From Psilocybe cubensis (taxonomy: Eukaryota): DNA of 64,000 nt. Numbering within the stretch: the stretch's first letter is position 1; each line of letters starts with the position of its first letter. The DNA is taken from positions 434,001 through 498,000 of the forward strand of contig CM039005.1 of the NCBI GenBank assembly GCA_017499595.2, in the 5' to 3' direction. Below the pieces are notes generated by a model, which saw only the letters and a list, made by a program, of their open reading frames with translations, made no database searches and was not told the origin of the DNA. Position numbers and translations under genes: made by a program. Below, piece after piece: positions 34,215-47,325 of this stretch.

Positions 34215-37200
34215 TTAATGAAATTACTCCGTTGTAGCTCTTCAGCGAACAAACAATTGTGACTACAATCTCGATAATCAACCACATAGTTTAAACTAAA
34301 ATGTCCAAGTCTGCTACAAAATTTAATCCAGACCTACGAGGACCCGACCTATAAAAGAAAAGGTATAGGGACGTCAGTACGCTGTGAAAGACAGGATAAA
34401 GCAAATATACTCACAGGGGCAGCCGCCCCATCTAACGTTTAAACTCTCTCAACAAATCATGCCCAATCTAACATTTTGCGGATCCTAACACAAATAATCA
34501 GCAAAATAAAGCTTGAAAAAAATACTTACCTTAAATAAGAGATTGCAAAGTCTGGATGAAAATGGTTAGCATTATACAGTGCCAGTCATGATACATAAAA
34601 GAAAGGTTCAATATGAAAACATTAAAAGAGAACAAATATAGCAGCAGAGAATTCAGAGGTCCCGCAAGCATCAGAAAGCATTGAGAATACGACAGACAGA
34701 GAAATCAAGCTCTAAGACGACCAGATAGACAGATAGAAATCCTGTGGGAGCCAAGACGTGACGAGACAGAAACACAGATGCCCAGAGCCAGAAATATAGA
34801 TACAACACAGTACAATCCAGACAAGAAGACCTAACTTGAGAAGACACGCAAGGGAACCGAGCACAAGCCATGAAGGACAGAGCAACAGTAAGCAATAACC
34901 AGTCAACCAATCCGAACGATCTGAAGTTAAAATGAATCAATATCCTGAGGGATAGCTAGCAGTATATAGACTCACCACGCCCGCCCGCCCACCCCAGCAG
35001 CGCAATCGTTGAGACGTTTCATACCAACAACAAGAACGTTTAATCGTAACCAAGACAACCCCAGACAGAGTAGATATCCGACAGGACACAGCAAACTGAA
35101 CGGTGAGGCATATAATAAGAGTGAGCAATAGATGACAGGTATTCAACAAGACAGACCATCAGCCAGTAGACACCAAAGAGAACGAGGACACGCATGCCTA
35201 CAGAAAACCGGACTCCGAGAATAGCGAAGCAGATAAATCGTGCACGAGACAGCAACAAGAAGCAACCAAGTATGAGGAGTAGAGATATCGCGTTATGCAA
35301 AGACACAAGACCACAATTGAGAGGAGAGAGCAAAAGTAACAGCACCATAGAGCCTCCATATCGATAACGCCAAGCTATAGAAAAACAGGCAAAACTAGAA
35401 GAAGCGCGAACCAACAAACCCTAGACAGATTATATATCCAACAAAACACAAAAATCACGAAAGAGAGGCACAGAACAAGAGTGAACCATAGATGACAAGC
35501 ATTCAATTACACAGACCATCAACTGGCAATAGACACGAAAGAGAACAAGATGCACAAGACAGAATTAGATTCCAAGAATAGCGCAACCAGAGTATAGCCA
35601 ACGTAGCTAATGAGAGACAGTATTGCGAGTTAACCAAGTTCGAACAGCGCAAGCAGACCATAGCCAAAGTAACCAATGAAAGACAGCATGACGAGTTAAC
35701 CAAGTTCAATGATCAGAAACACCACATTAGAGGAAGAAGCGAAGACCAGGATAACAGTAGCAGCACCATAGATCCATGCCAACAAAGCTAAGCCAGAGGA
35801 TACATTAAAGACTCGAACAACAGACATGGTAACAACCTCAAGACATGACGAGGCGAAATCAAGCGAGAACCAACAGAGCACAACAAAGTAGAAGCCAGAA
35901 ACGCATAAAGGCAATATATAACAGACATCCATAAGAGACCAGAGCAACAGACCATTGACAGCGAGCAGTCAACCACAATGCCACAATGTAGAGTCCACCA
36001 CCGAAAGAGAAAAAAGCGAACACCCCCAAGTCCACAATCCAGTTGGTAAGCAAGAAAAGTCAAGAAGACCCGAGCAACAGCCATTGTAGCAACCAATGAG
36101 CAAGACCTAGAACAGAATCAGAACTCTGTGCAACGTTGGCAGTTTTGAAACTTACCACGACCTCCCACCCACCCCAACAGTGAATAAAAAACGCAACCAA
36201 ACAGACAGGGTGCCATAACAATAGTTCCACATACAGAAGAAGCGCGGGATAAAATCCAAGAATCGTGCAGTCAAAGACACAGTCACGCAAAAATTGACCC
36301 AGGGTAGCAAAGAGAAACAGACCGACAGCAGAAACAAGCAGGAAGAATTATCACAGAGTCAAATCTACACAGGAATTCATGGAAGACAACAACCTAGAAA
36401 AGCGATAGCATTGTGCGCTGACATACCCTCAAGCCAGGTAAAGGTGGACAAAAGCGAGGATTAGGAACCTTGGGCAGAGGATAAGCAGACAAAATAGACG
36501 AGCCACAGATAAAGACGAGCAGTCACAAAACACAAGCCCACCCACAAGGCCAAGTCCGGCAAACAGAGCCCACGTGATAGACATTGACCCATCAAACTAT
36601 AAATAGACAAGCGCCAAGTAAAGGGCACGGATTGTTGGAAAGCACGAAAACACACACCCCGAGAGCATAAGGAATCCCCAACTTCAGGACAAGGCGTATC
36701 ACAAGTAGATATGTTCTACCAAAAGACCAGCAGAGATTCTTTCATGAAAAGCGTCATCCGGACTTCAGACAATAGACGCAGACAAAACACTGTAGACATC
36801 CGCAACGGGTCAATCGATGATGGAAGGGCACGGAAGATGAAAAGTACCAATCATAGACCCAGTAATGTAGTAGCGGTGCAGAAAGGGTTAGCCAGAATGC
36901 GAGTCGGAAGAAAAATCACACAAGATATAACAGAGAGGGCAAGACCAGACCATAGTACTTCATTGCCGAGACAGAACCTGCGGTGGCATAGTGAGGAAAA
37001 TAGACAAAATCATCCAGGGCGAGTGCTTTAAACTTACCATAGAAAAGAACCCATAATGGCGGGCATAGACGCAACGCGGAAGCTTCGTGGTAGAATGCCA
37101 CACTGCATACTGCAGCAGACGAGCCGAAACCAAGACCGAAAGCAAGGCTAGAAGTAGACTACTCACGGTTCCACAAGTGGGAGGCATAGTGTTAGGTGCA

Positions 37201-37400
37201 TAAAGAATGAGAGATCGACCAGTCTGAGGAAGAGATGGTGAATGTTGGGGAAGAGAAAGGTGAAGGGGGGGAAAGAAAGGGGCCGGCAATTTATAGATAA
37301 TCGTGGGCACCAAAGTTCAACTCCGCCAATCCTGGGAAATTGATGGGCCACACAAAAATAAACCACCTCATTGTCGTCCCGTTTTGTCAAGTCCAGGGTA
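34215..37400 (-). other. T-skewed ORF-less element, copy B (candidate multi-intron lncRNA or decayed gene)
   Basis: TATAAA at 37295-37290; canonical intron-like segments 37110-37166, 36978-37037, 36107-36155, 34921-34975, 34485-34529 and 34349-34414; hairpin at 34416-34429; 24 A vs 4 T on + strand in 35161-35220; no ORF >125 aa. Confidence 0.55.
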
Positions 37401-38662
37401 CCGGGTACCAGCCACAGCCAAGGTTTTGCTCAAAGGATGGCTGTATAAAGCCTTTGTAACAAGATGAATAGCCAGAAAGATAGATACTCGCTTGCAAGGT
37501 GACACGGTGAGCCACAAGCCTACTACTATGCCAGCTAATCCAAGGTGTTTGATAGTAACTTTGCGTCGTTGAAAGCCAGGTCAACAACTCTAGTCCGCAG
37601 CATAAAAGCGTCTATGAATTACATTTTCAGGAAGCCAAGTCATGTCGACAGATGATTTATTAGTTGGGTAAGTCAAGGCGTGCACTGTTGTGTCATTCAT
37701 TGAAAGACAATCTTCACATCTTAAAATGTTACGACGTGCATATCTAGAAATCTAACCTGTCCATTTCCTCTGTCATGCTCAATCAGACAGAATATCGACT
37801 CGGAGACAAAGTTGTAACAGCGTTCCCGGTCATAGCATGAAACAGACAGACGGATGGCGAGAACAGGATGCTAGCTAGTAGCCGATCGTCAAACTCTGGA
37901 CGACGGAACGATTAGATTCGTATGTTCTGTGCCAGAACTCTCTTAAAAATGTGGAGATGATGACTTTGGTATGTCTTCCTTAACTTTTATAAAGGAAACT
38001 AGAATGCTGGTGCTTGTCTAACATAACTTCTGGACTTGACAACTAGGGCTAATCGAGACGTCAAATACAAGTAATGCTATCACTGGCATTGCCTATAATG
38101 TTTTGACATGCACACTTAGGTCACAACTCTATGCACTATGCATGATGCCAGTTTCCGTTGAGAATGCGGACATCTACGCTTGTGTTGAATTGTCAAGTTA
38201 TCCGTCATTTTTTACACTGCAGTGCATACCTTTCAATGAGTGAGCTAGCAAAATGAAATCTTTCAAGCTGGATAAAACTAACATCCCCTAAGTAAAGTAA
38301 CTAGGTAAACGTAAACCCATAGGAGGGTCGCGTCTACAAGATCTTATCAATAACCCATCAAGGGAATAATTTCAGCTGTGGAGTCTGTCGCTCTTCTAAG
38401 TTCTGGCTATGTTTCGGCCTACCCATGCATGGCAAATGGTATTAATATGGCTTATGCCTTGCCGTGGCAGTCCCGGAACAAAAATATATCAGTTGATGTA
38501 CGCACTAAAATTCTCGACTCTATTCTTGTACTGCATTAACAGAGCGTCCACAGGGCCTTCGCATCTTTAACGGAAAATCATGTCATAGCTATGTGACTTC
38601 GAATCGAAGCCCATTTCACATAATTAACTCAAGGCGCCATCTAAGGGGGGCTCTTCATCGCA

Positions 38663-40196
38663 ATGACGCCCCCGCTTCTGCCCAGCCTCGCTGGTCCTCT
38701 CATCAGGCTACTTCTACTCTCTGTTATCATTTCTCGTTCAACGTGTCGTCATGCATTAGACTCCGATGCCGATCTCGATGCTGAACTCAACGGGAAGAAC
38801 GCCAGTCAAGACATCAGCTCAAGGCAATGTAGCCATCTGTTAAAGCGTCAAGAGTGGTAATCAAAGCTGTATTCCAATATTCAACACTTGATGGTACTCA
38901 TAGATCCATTATAGGAGAACGCTGAGTGACGAGCACAAGTCGGAATACATACGTGCTGTGAAGTGCACCAGGAAATTGCCCAAGCTATCTTCGTACGCCG
39001 GTGTGCAGTCGCGGTTCGACGATTTTCAAGCGGTTCATATCCACACGGCGGATTCAATACATTATACAGTATGCAGACGCAGTCAGTATCTGCGACCGAA
39101 CCTCTGACGACAAAATGAAGGGGCACTTTTTACCTTGGCATCGCCGTTTCGTCACCCTATTTGAACAGACACTCCGGAGGGATTGCGATTATCGAGGCGC
39201 CATACCGTATGTTCTAGGTCTTCAACGCACTAAGCTATTCATACTAACCGACGCATGACCAGATACTGGGACTGGAGTCAAGATGTAGCCGGAAATAAAT
39301 CGCAAGGCATTCTACTTCCACTTTCATTCAATCCAAACTAACTTGCAGCATTTTAGAATCCGCACTTCGCCCGTTTTCGATCCCGTAACAGGCTTTGGTG
39401 GGGACGGCGTAAAAGGGACTTATACCCTCCCTGACAACGTCACCGAGGAATCGCAAATTATACGCAGCACCTTCGTAGGGTGCGTAATGGACGGCCCATT
39501 TGGGTACAACGCCAGCGATCCAGAGAGCTTCGTTGTCCATGGAGGCCCGGGAAAGCTGGTCACGACACACTGCCTCGTGCGAGGTATTAACGATGGTTTC
39601 AAGCAATTCTTGAGCGCAGACGTAGTGCAGAACGCTCTTCGACAGCAGACCTACGAAGAGTTTAGATTGGCGCTAGAAGGAAACGACCAACATCATAGAC
39701 GGGAAGAGTCCATGGATGACAGCGACTTGGAACTTTCAGAACACGCCTCTGGGCATCTTGTCGTCGGTGGTGAACTGGGGAATCTGTACTCTAGCCCGGG
39801 GGGTAAGCAAATATACCCTCAGTCTTGTTAGCATGAACTCGTGCTGATATTCTGGCAGAACCCCTCTTCTTTTTGCATCACGCTAACTTGGATAGGATAT
39901 GGTGGAACTGGCAAATCATGGATCCCGACCAGCGCCTTGCGGATATGTCGGGAAACGTTTTGTCGGATGACGTTGAAGATGCCCCCGAAGATGGATTAGA
40001 ATGGGAGGATTGGATCTCTGGTCAACTGCCAGAGGACCACGATGATCAATACAATGGAATTGACTTTGGCGGATTAAATGCGTCAAGCACAGTCACTCTG
40101 GACCTCGGATTGCGCTTCGGCCCCCTAGGGGAGACAATCCACATTAGAGATATCATGGATATAACTCAGTTTCCCTCCTGCTACATATACATTTGA
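38663..40196 (+). CDS. Secreted tyrosinase / di-copper-centre protein
   Basis: RQEWRTL, SRFDDFQAVH..ADSIHYTGHFLPWHR (CuA), PYWDW, HASGH..VGG...SSPG.PLFFLHHANLDRIWW (CuB); hydrophobic N-terminus. Confidence 0.9.
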
Positions 40197-41951
40197 CCTA
40201 ATTTTATGTATATCAAACTGAGTATAGAGGATCTGCTATCTGCCCATGGGTGCCTATTCATGAATTTGAGCTCTACCAAGCTTGAAATCAATCGTCAGGG
40301 GTCAAAATTCCAAGTCCTGTATCTAGCTAATGTCCAAACTGTAGGTCCTTGAGAGTCCTAAAAGTAATTCGGCTCAATGTTATCGAGCCAAACTTTTATG
40401 TGCCTCGTACTTCATCAAAATGTCATTTTTTCCTCATTGTGTGCCTGGCATCTGCAAGATTACAGTGAAAAACGTGTTGGTGTCCGTTCCGTGTCGCTAA
40501 ACGGACGTAAATCCAGGGCTCAATTAAAATCTTGGCAGGTTAGGTTAGGCCTATGAAATCCGCTGAAATCCAACGACCAAGAGGAACCCTGGCGAAAAGC
40601 CACATTCACAATCCAATTGGTTAGCAGTTTCCAGGGGTTTCCAAGACAAGGGTAGCACACTAACTTATCATGTCGACGCTATCGATACAGTATTATATCA
40701 GACGGCATATCTGTTGCCAGACACAAAGATATGATGGAAGAAGCAGATGTGTGCAATCGAGAACCACTGGTCAGTCAACTAAGACAATTAACATGTGGCT
40801 AGGGTATTTTGCCAAGGTTAATATAGTCATGTAACCTCGATGAAATACGTGAAATACTCAGAATAATCGCAATGATAGGGGATGATGAATACTGTCGTCA
40901 CTTTGTTGCCTTGAGCTGCAGCATAGTTGATTTGTATACACACTTCTCCCAATCGTTCAACAGCTTTCGACAGCAGCGAAGGAGCTTGCCGAACAATTTT
41001 ATCTGTAGATGGTGCGATCCTGTTGCGCTATTGCTCTTATGTCGACTTTGCAAACACATCCCCGGTGAACTGTGTGATCTTAGCAAGAACCAAACCAACC
41101 GGAGGCGCTTTCAGGTCTTTTCAGGTATGCAACAACTCCAGAATATAACAAAGAAATGGAAGCAGGAAAAATAAGCTTCAAATTGTTTCGGAGCATGAAA
41201 AGAACATGCCAGGACCAGGTCCTTGAATGTGCTCTAGGCCGTGGGCTCTTCGGAGGTAGCTAGGTTCTTGTTCAGTATGATATCTGAGCCTCAGTCTATT
41301 CGAACTCTACGTCAATAAGTCCTGTGAGCGTCACCACGATCATCGTGAGTCATCGCACATGAATTGGAATATGGTGCCTCGTCACTTTCATTCTCGGTGA
41401 AAGTGGCTGTGCTAGGAAGAGTATTCGCCGGATTGTAAATTTTCGATCAGCCTTTTGCCTGTGATTCGTGAAGGTGTGGATAAAAGTTGCATAAGATAGA
41501 TTGTACGACCGTGCGTAGCATTTCATGGTGGAACTTGAAACAGAGAACAAAAACACATGGATCGAAGCAGACTATCGATATATCCTCATTTTCTAGACGA
41601 GTCTCGATTGAGGGTTTTGCCTAAGTGGGCACAAAAGAAGATTTTTTAAAATTTCGTTGGTTGGTATGTGTGTCGCTAAAAATCTGTTATCAGACCTCGA
41701 GCGAGAATGAACATGATAGATTATCAAGAAGACGAAGGGGGGAGGGGCGGAGGGCAGCAGTCAGTGTCCTTGAAAGGCAACCAGAATGATCGAGATTCGT
41801 TGAATACTGATGCAAGGCCACGTGATTCTACCGAGACAGAGAATCACATGCGAAACTGGGCTGTAATAGTTTTGTATTAAAGGGGCTTGCAGGAAAGCGC
41901 CTATCTTTTCAACGAACGTTCTTATCCACCACCACAACACCCTCGTTCACG

Positions 41952-43214
41952 ATGTCGGCGACGACTACAGAAACGCAGACTTCTCCTCCCCAGACCCCCC
42001 AAACGCCAGAGTTCACTGTGCTCAACCGCGTTGCTTCCATTCCAATGATTTCTTCATCCCTGGTCACCATTAATGAAGCATTATCGACCAATACCTACAC
42101 CCGCTCTTCGTATATTCATGCTAAAGAGCTCTCTACCTCTGCCTACAAGCTTACCGAACCTCTCCAAGTCAAATTGGCTCCCCTTATTGTCCGTGCTGAC
42201 ACCTACGCCAACAAGGCTGTCGACGCGGTCGAGTCTCGCTACCCTTATCCATTCAAGGCCCAGCCAGAGGAGGTTGCCACCTACGTGCGCGAACGCAAAG
42301 AGAGTACCACCAACTATGTCAGCGAGCGTGTCAACCATGTCAACAAGGCGATTGATGAAAAGGTCAAGACCCCCGCCTACAATGTTGTTCACGGCATCGA
42401 TAGGGTATGATTTGACTTCTCCTTTTCCGTTCCATTCATCATGCTTATCGTGCATTCACACAGCGATTTGCCCCAATCGTCGACTACTTCGAGGTTACCG
42501 TATCGCGACTCAACAATTCCGAAGCCGGCCCATCTACACCTCCTGATGCTCAATACCAATACCAACGTGCTCTCGCCCTTTCCAAAACTCTCGGCGAGAA
42601 CATCTACGACTATTCCAACGAGCAACTGAAACACTTCCAGGCCCAATCTGTTATCGCGTATGTTTATTCTTCTTTTCTCTTTGATCTAGGTTCCTAACAT
42701 AATTCAATTCAATAGTCAGAAGGCCTCGGAGACTGCCGCCTCTATCTCTACCGTCGCTTCGTCATCTCTTGCATCTGCCCAAAACCGCATCCACACCCTC
42801 TCCGATACCATGCTCGCTGAGCTCCAGAAACTCCAGGCTTCAACAAACTCCCTCACAACTTCTCTCCAGGCCAGTCTCCAAAATTCCGCTTCGCAACTCC
42901 AGTCCCAGCTCCCCAGTCAGATTCAACAGTCATATGCCGATCTCTCCGCCGCATTAACCTCTACTGTCAACGAGCTCACGACTATTATTACCACGAAGGA
43001 CCTTCCCCTCCAAGAAAAGGTAGCCCGTGTTGGTAAAGAAGTCCAGGAACGTGTGCACCCTCTTCTCGAAACCGTGAAAAAGGGTGTTTCGGAGGTCCTT
43101 GCCCGCTCCAAGGAGGCGAGAGTCGTTGCTGAACCTGCTGCAGAGCCAAAGGAGGCTGAAGCTGAGGTCAAAGAGGCGAACGGAAACGGCCATGCACCAG
43201 TCGCCTCTGAGTGA
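41952..43214 (+). CDS. Lipid-droplet perilipin-like protein (Cap20/Mpl1/Pln1 family), 3 exons
   Basis: VLNRVASIPMISSSL...PLIVRADTYANKAVDAVESRYPYPF, followed by amphipathic Ser/Gln-rich helices. Confidence 0.8.
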
Positions 43215-43541
43215 TGTGTTTGTTTTTTCTTTCGTTCTTTAGTTTATGTCGAGGTTTTTCCCATTCTTGCGTTTCCCCTCTCCCCGGCACACCACATTTT
43301 AGAGTGTACATTATACTATAGACGCCCCCATGTTACTATTCCGATGCACTCTACGTAATCAGCGATATTCAATTCGATAGCTTTGTGATTATCTTCCAAT
43401 ATGGTTTCTATTTTCGCAATTCAATTGCCTCGCTCAAGTAGCAACTTTATCAGACATCACATTTGAAATAAAGATAGTTCGACATAATTTCTGTATAGCA
43501 CACAAGGTTATCAAATTATCATAAGTCAAGGTTCTAGCAGG

Positions 43542-45326
43542 TTAAAGGTAATCCATAACTTGTAGCTGTCGAAGACCACGTTGATGCCCTTGAACCGTCT
43601 GAATGAAAACCCTTCCTGTCATGGAAGATATCGCAACGCATTCCATCCTCATAGTTCCTTCATACCCTAGGATAGTTGTCTGTGCTTCTAATGGATTTAA
43701 CAACTCAGGATTCCGAAGTTTCAACGACGGAGTTCCTCCATTCATGTCCACGACATGGGCACGGAGGCGGGAATAATCAACGTTCAAATAAGAGATAAGA
43801 ACATTATCCTCATCTAAATGATGAACCAGACCCGATTTTGGACCACCGGGAACACTCACTGCAGAAAGATTCACAGTGCCTGCGTGGACCGGAAGCTTCT
43901 GTGGTAACCTAGAGTTAGCGAGAGAGTTTAAATCTTGGATTCGATAGATAGCGGCCACGTCCTCATCTGTATCTGACAGACAGAGGTAGTCAGAAAAGCT
44001 CTTGTGGTTATCAGCGATTGGTATATGAGCACAAGGGCCAGAGAAAGGACGTCGTATGTCGATGTTGGGAAATTGGGTCACCTTGGGGTTCTCCCAGAAA
44101 GCTGAGCCATCGGTGAGTTCAGGGGTGTTGTATACTCTTAGATTGCCGTCAATGTCAACCACAATTAGAGCGTTGTCGTAGGGATAGAACTGTTGGTGAA
44201 AGTCACTTGTGAGTACGCATCATGCCAACGATAAAGAATATCAGTGCTTACAATGGAACCGTCATAGTAGTAGGTGTCTTCTAATGTGTCTTTAGTGAAC
44301 CAGGATGTCGATTTGTTCTCTAAATAATCCCATACAAAATACGCGTTTTTGTCATCTTCGCCTTCATAGAATTGTCCGGTAATCCTGTGCGAACGAGGAG
44401 AAGCTACAATTAGAAGGAGATGCAGATGACCAGGAAAGTCTATCTTAGCAAAGAGTTTCATTTCGTTTACATGGGAAGTGATATCCATCGTATAGACGGA
44501 GACTGAGGATTTCGTCCTAAGAATTTAAAAATTAGTAGACGTTATGCAAGAAAATCAAAACAGCTTACGACTCTGGTATCAGATGAACTATCAGAAACAA
44601 TGTTCCACTTCCATAGCTCGGGTCAAAGTGCAGTGCGACAGTGTAAAAGTCATGAGTATCTCCACTGATTGGGATGGACACGCGTTTAACAGGTTTCGCG
44701 TCCGTATTGAAAGATCCATGAATACCTAGATCCCAGATCGTGAAAACCCATAACAACTCGTCACTGTTAACCTTGTGGTGGATGGTTTGTACCGCGACAA
44801 ATCTTCCTCCAGGGGCGACAGTGAAGGTCTCAAGCACTGTATTGCCAGTTACTCCGAAGCTTTGTTTCTCGTTTTCAGTTAAGCGGCACGGTAGAATCCG
44901 CGTGTTTGTTGGCTCAAGGAGCGAACCATCAGCTTCCTTCAGTAGTGTAGTAAATCTGAAGGGCGACAACGCCGCATGCTGTAGCATTTCAAGCGACATA
45001 GATTTCAGAGGAAAGGTATCCTCGGTAACGAAGTGATCATCCATGACCTTCCGCAGAGCATTTAACCACACGACTCGGCGTTCGGTCGTCTTGAAAAATT
45101 GGCGGCATGTCTGTAAACATTACATGGGGTAAGTTAAATGAAACATAAAAGAGCTCAAGTAGAAATATGACGATTTAATTACCTGTCGGTAAGCCATTAT
45201 ATCCTGAGGTCTCATGAAACTGAGGAGCACGATGGCTACATCGTCATTTAAAGAGGTCAACGACAGACGAGATACATCTTGACTGCGGAGGACTAGTTGA
45301 GAGGTGGTTGAAGGGGTAGAATCCAT
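43542..45326 (-). CDS. F-box-like protein with PGGRF-type C-terminal domain (multi-exon)
   Basis: LTSLNDDVAIVLLSFMRPQDIMAYRQ|TCRQF...RVVWLNALR; VAPGGRFV; IWDLG; ends LQVMDYL. Confidence 0.7.
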
Positions 45327-45637
45327 GGTTTCGATGGGTTGCTATTAGGAAGAAAATTATCTGCGATGAGATAGCTAGGAGTTGTCCGAAAAAAACTGAC
45401 GAAAGATTGAATTTCGACCCTTCTTTTAACCGCAATCAAAGCGTCATGGGCCACACACGATGCCTATTGCGACTAGCGAATACAAGCGCCACTGGGCCTA
45501 GGACAAAGTTGGGACCAGTGGCTTGTGCCTGGTTTGACTGTGCCACATAGTTTAAAAAGGTTCGGGCCCATGGCCCACAACGACAATATGAAAGGCATCG
45601 AGTGGAATTTCCTCCAAAAGTCAATGAATAGTATTGC

Positions 45638-47325
45638 CTACACCGAAAGTTCCAGTATTCGAAGCTCTCCTGTATGAGTCGAAATGCTAAACCCACGTCC
45701 CGATACAGGACAGAACTGCAGACTCTTGCAACCCTCCTTGCCTTTCTGAAGTACACATGCGTCCGACTGGATGGTATGGGCAGGATTTGTACTGCCAGAC
45801 GCAAACCATGGTATATACGAGAGGGAAAATTTATCATCGTGACCGAAGGTGGATGACATGAAGACCACGTTCTCCTGGCAGGCTTGGGTTGTAAAAGACC
45901 AGCTAAGAATTATATCCATCGAGTTCGTGCCTATTGTGCGTCTGTCTAACTGTGCGAGAATGCATGGCGCAGATAAAGGGTCCGCAGGGTTCCAGCTCGC
46001 ATCCAGTCGGAAGATGGCAAGGTGGTCAAAGTCAACGTCGGATTCGTAGCCACGACAGACCAGATAGCGGGGAGAATCGGGGCCTGTTAACCAGCCGAGG
46101 GAATGATTTTCCATTGAATTGTGTTTCTCGCTCTGTTCCCGCTCGTGCGCTCCCCACATCGTCAAGGGTTGCGACCAAATAGGCGAATCTGGCCCATTGT
46201 CGTAGGTGTATTCTGGGTCGCCTGGTTGTAAAGGTGGTATACTCCACACAGACAGTATGTTCTTACAGAACGTTATGATGTGGTTTCCGTGCAAATACGT
46301 CTATAAAGAGAAGAGATTAACTTTTTAATTTTTTGAAGACAGAAGCAAGACCAACATGGTCCGGTAGTGGCCCATCGGGTTGAAGTGTCGCTGACGTTTT
46401 ATGGACATAATCCCATATCAGTATATGACCCTGGAAAAATGACTGGGTAGGCGGGGGGCCGGCAGTAATGGACGAACACACAACAAGGTTGCCTGACATG
46501 ATCCCGGAATAGACTGCATTTGACGCCTGGATGGTCGCGATTTGTTTGAACTCGGGCTTCTTTGAAAATGGGTGGATTTCAAAAACTCGGAGAGTGTTAC
46601 CTGCTCTGCAGTGCCTATTCTCAACATCCATGAACAGAATAATCTCGAAAACCGTACCTCGTCTCTTCATTCACAACAATCCGAATGCCCAGTTCATCAG
46701 GAGTCGGAGCGGTAGCGAGTATCCGGAGCTTGTACCTGCCGACAAACCTGGCGACCAGGGTGATACGTGAGTATCGCTTACTTGTAGGTTGGCCAAGATC
46801 CCATAGCTTCACATATACATCACCGTCCATTTCGCTGGCAGAAATCGTAAAAAGAAAGCGGCCTCCTGGAACCAACACTGCGTTATCGAAGTCTCGATAC
46901 AGGGATTCCTCCGGGAATATAATATCCTTGTGCGCGATTTCATCTTCTTCGCATATATCATCAAGAATCCTTTGGCAAAGTGGAACTTTAGACAATGCAT
47001 GTGGTCCTTTCGCTCGATATAAAAGAATAGATGGAAACACAGCTGCCCGTTCAAGATCATCGTCGGTCATGGACTCAATGTGGTAGGTGCCTTTGAAAAT
47101 GTTGTTATCTGCAACGACATTAGCTAGCACTTTGAGCCAGATGTTTCGGGGTTGAGTAGCAAGATACATGAGCTTGCAGGTCTTGTCAACGTATCAGACT
47201 AATTCAGAGAAAGTCACATAAAGGAGGCTACGCACCCTACGCATGTTTATGATATCCATCGGCCTCATCACGGAGAAAAGAGTATTGAGGACATCAAAGT
47301 CCAAGTCGTAAATGCTTGTCACCAT
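45638..47325 (-). CDS. F-box-like protein with PGGRF-type domain, tandem paralog of the preceding gene
   Basis: MVTSIYDLDFDVLNTLFSVMRPMDIINMRR|TCKLMY..RNIWLKVL; LVPGGRFL; LWDLG; FCPVSGR. Confidence 0.7.

Noticed and set aside
36884..36891. CTAACCCT on the minus strand as a telomerase RNA template
   Set aside because: Only 8 nt, lacks the full 1.5-repeat template, reads like a GCTAAC branch point, and the element has a second copy.
40872..41200. Short ORFs or a possible gene relic between tyrosinase and perilipin
   Set aside because: No recognisable motif, internal stops in the most protein-like frame, and no supportable call.
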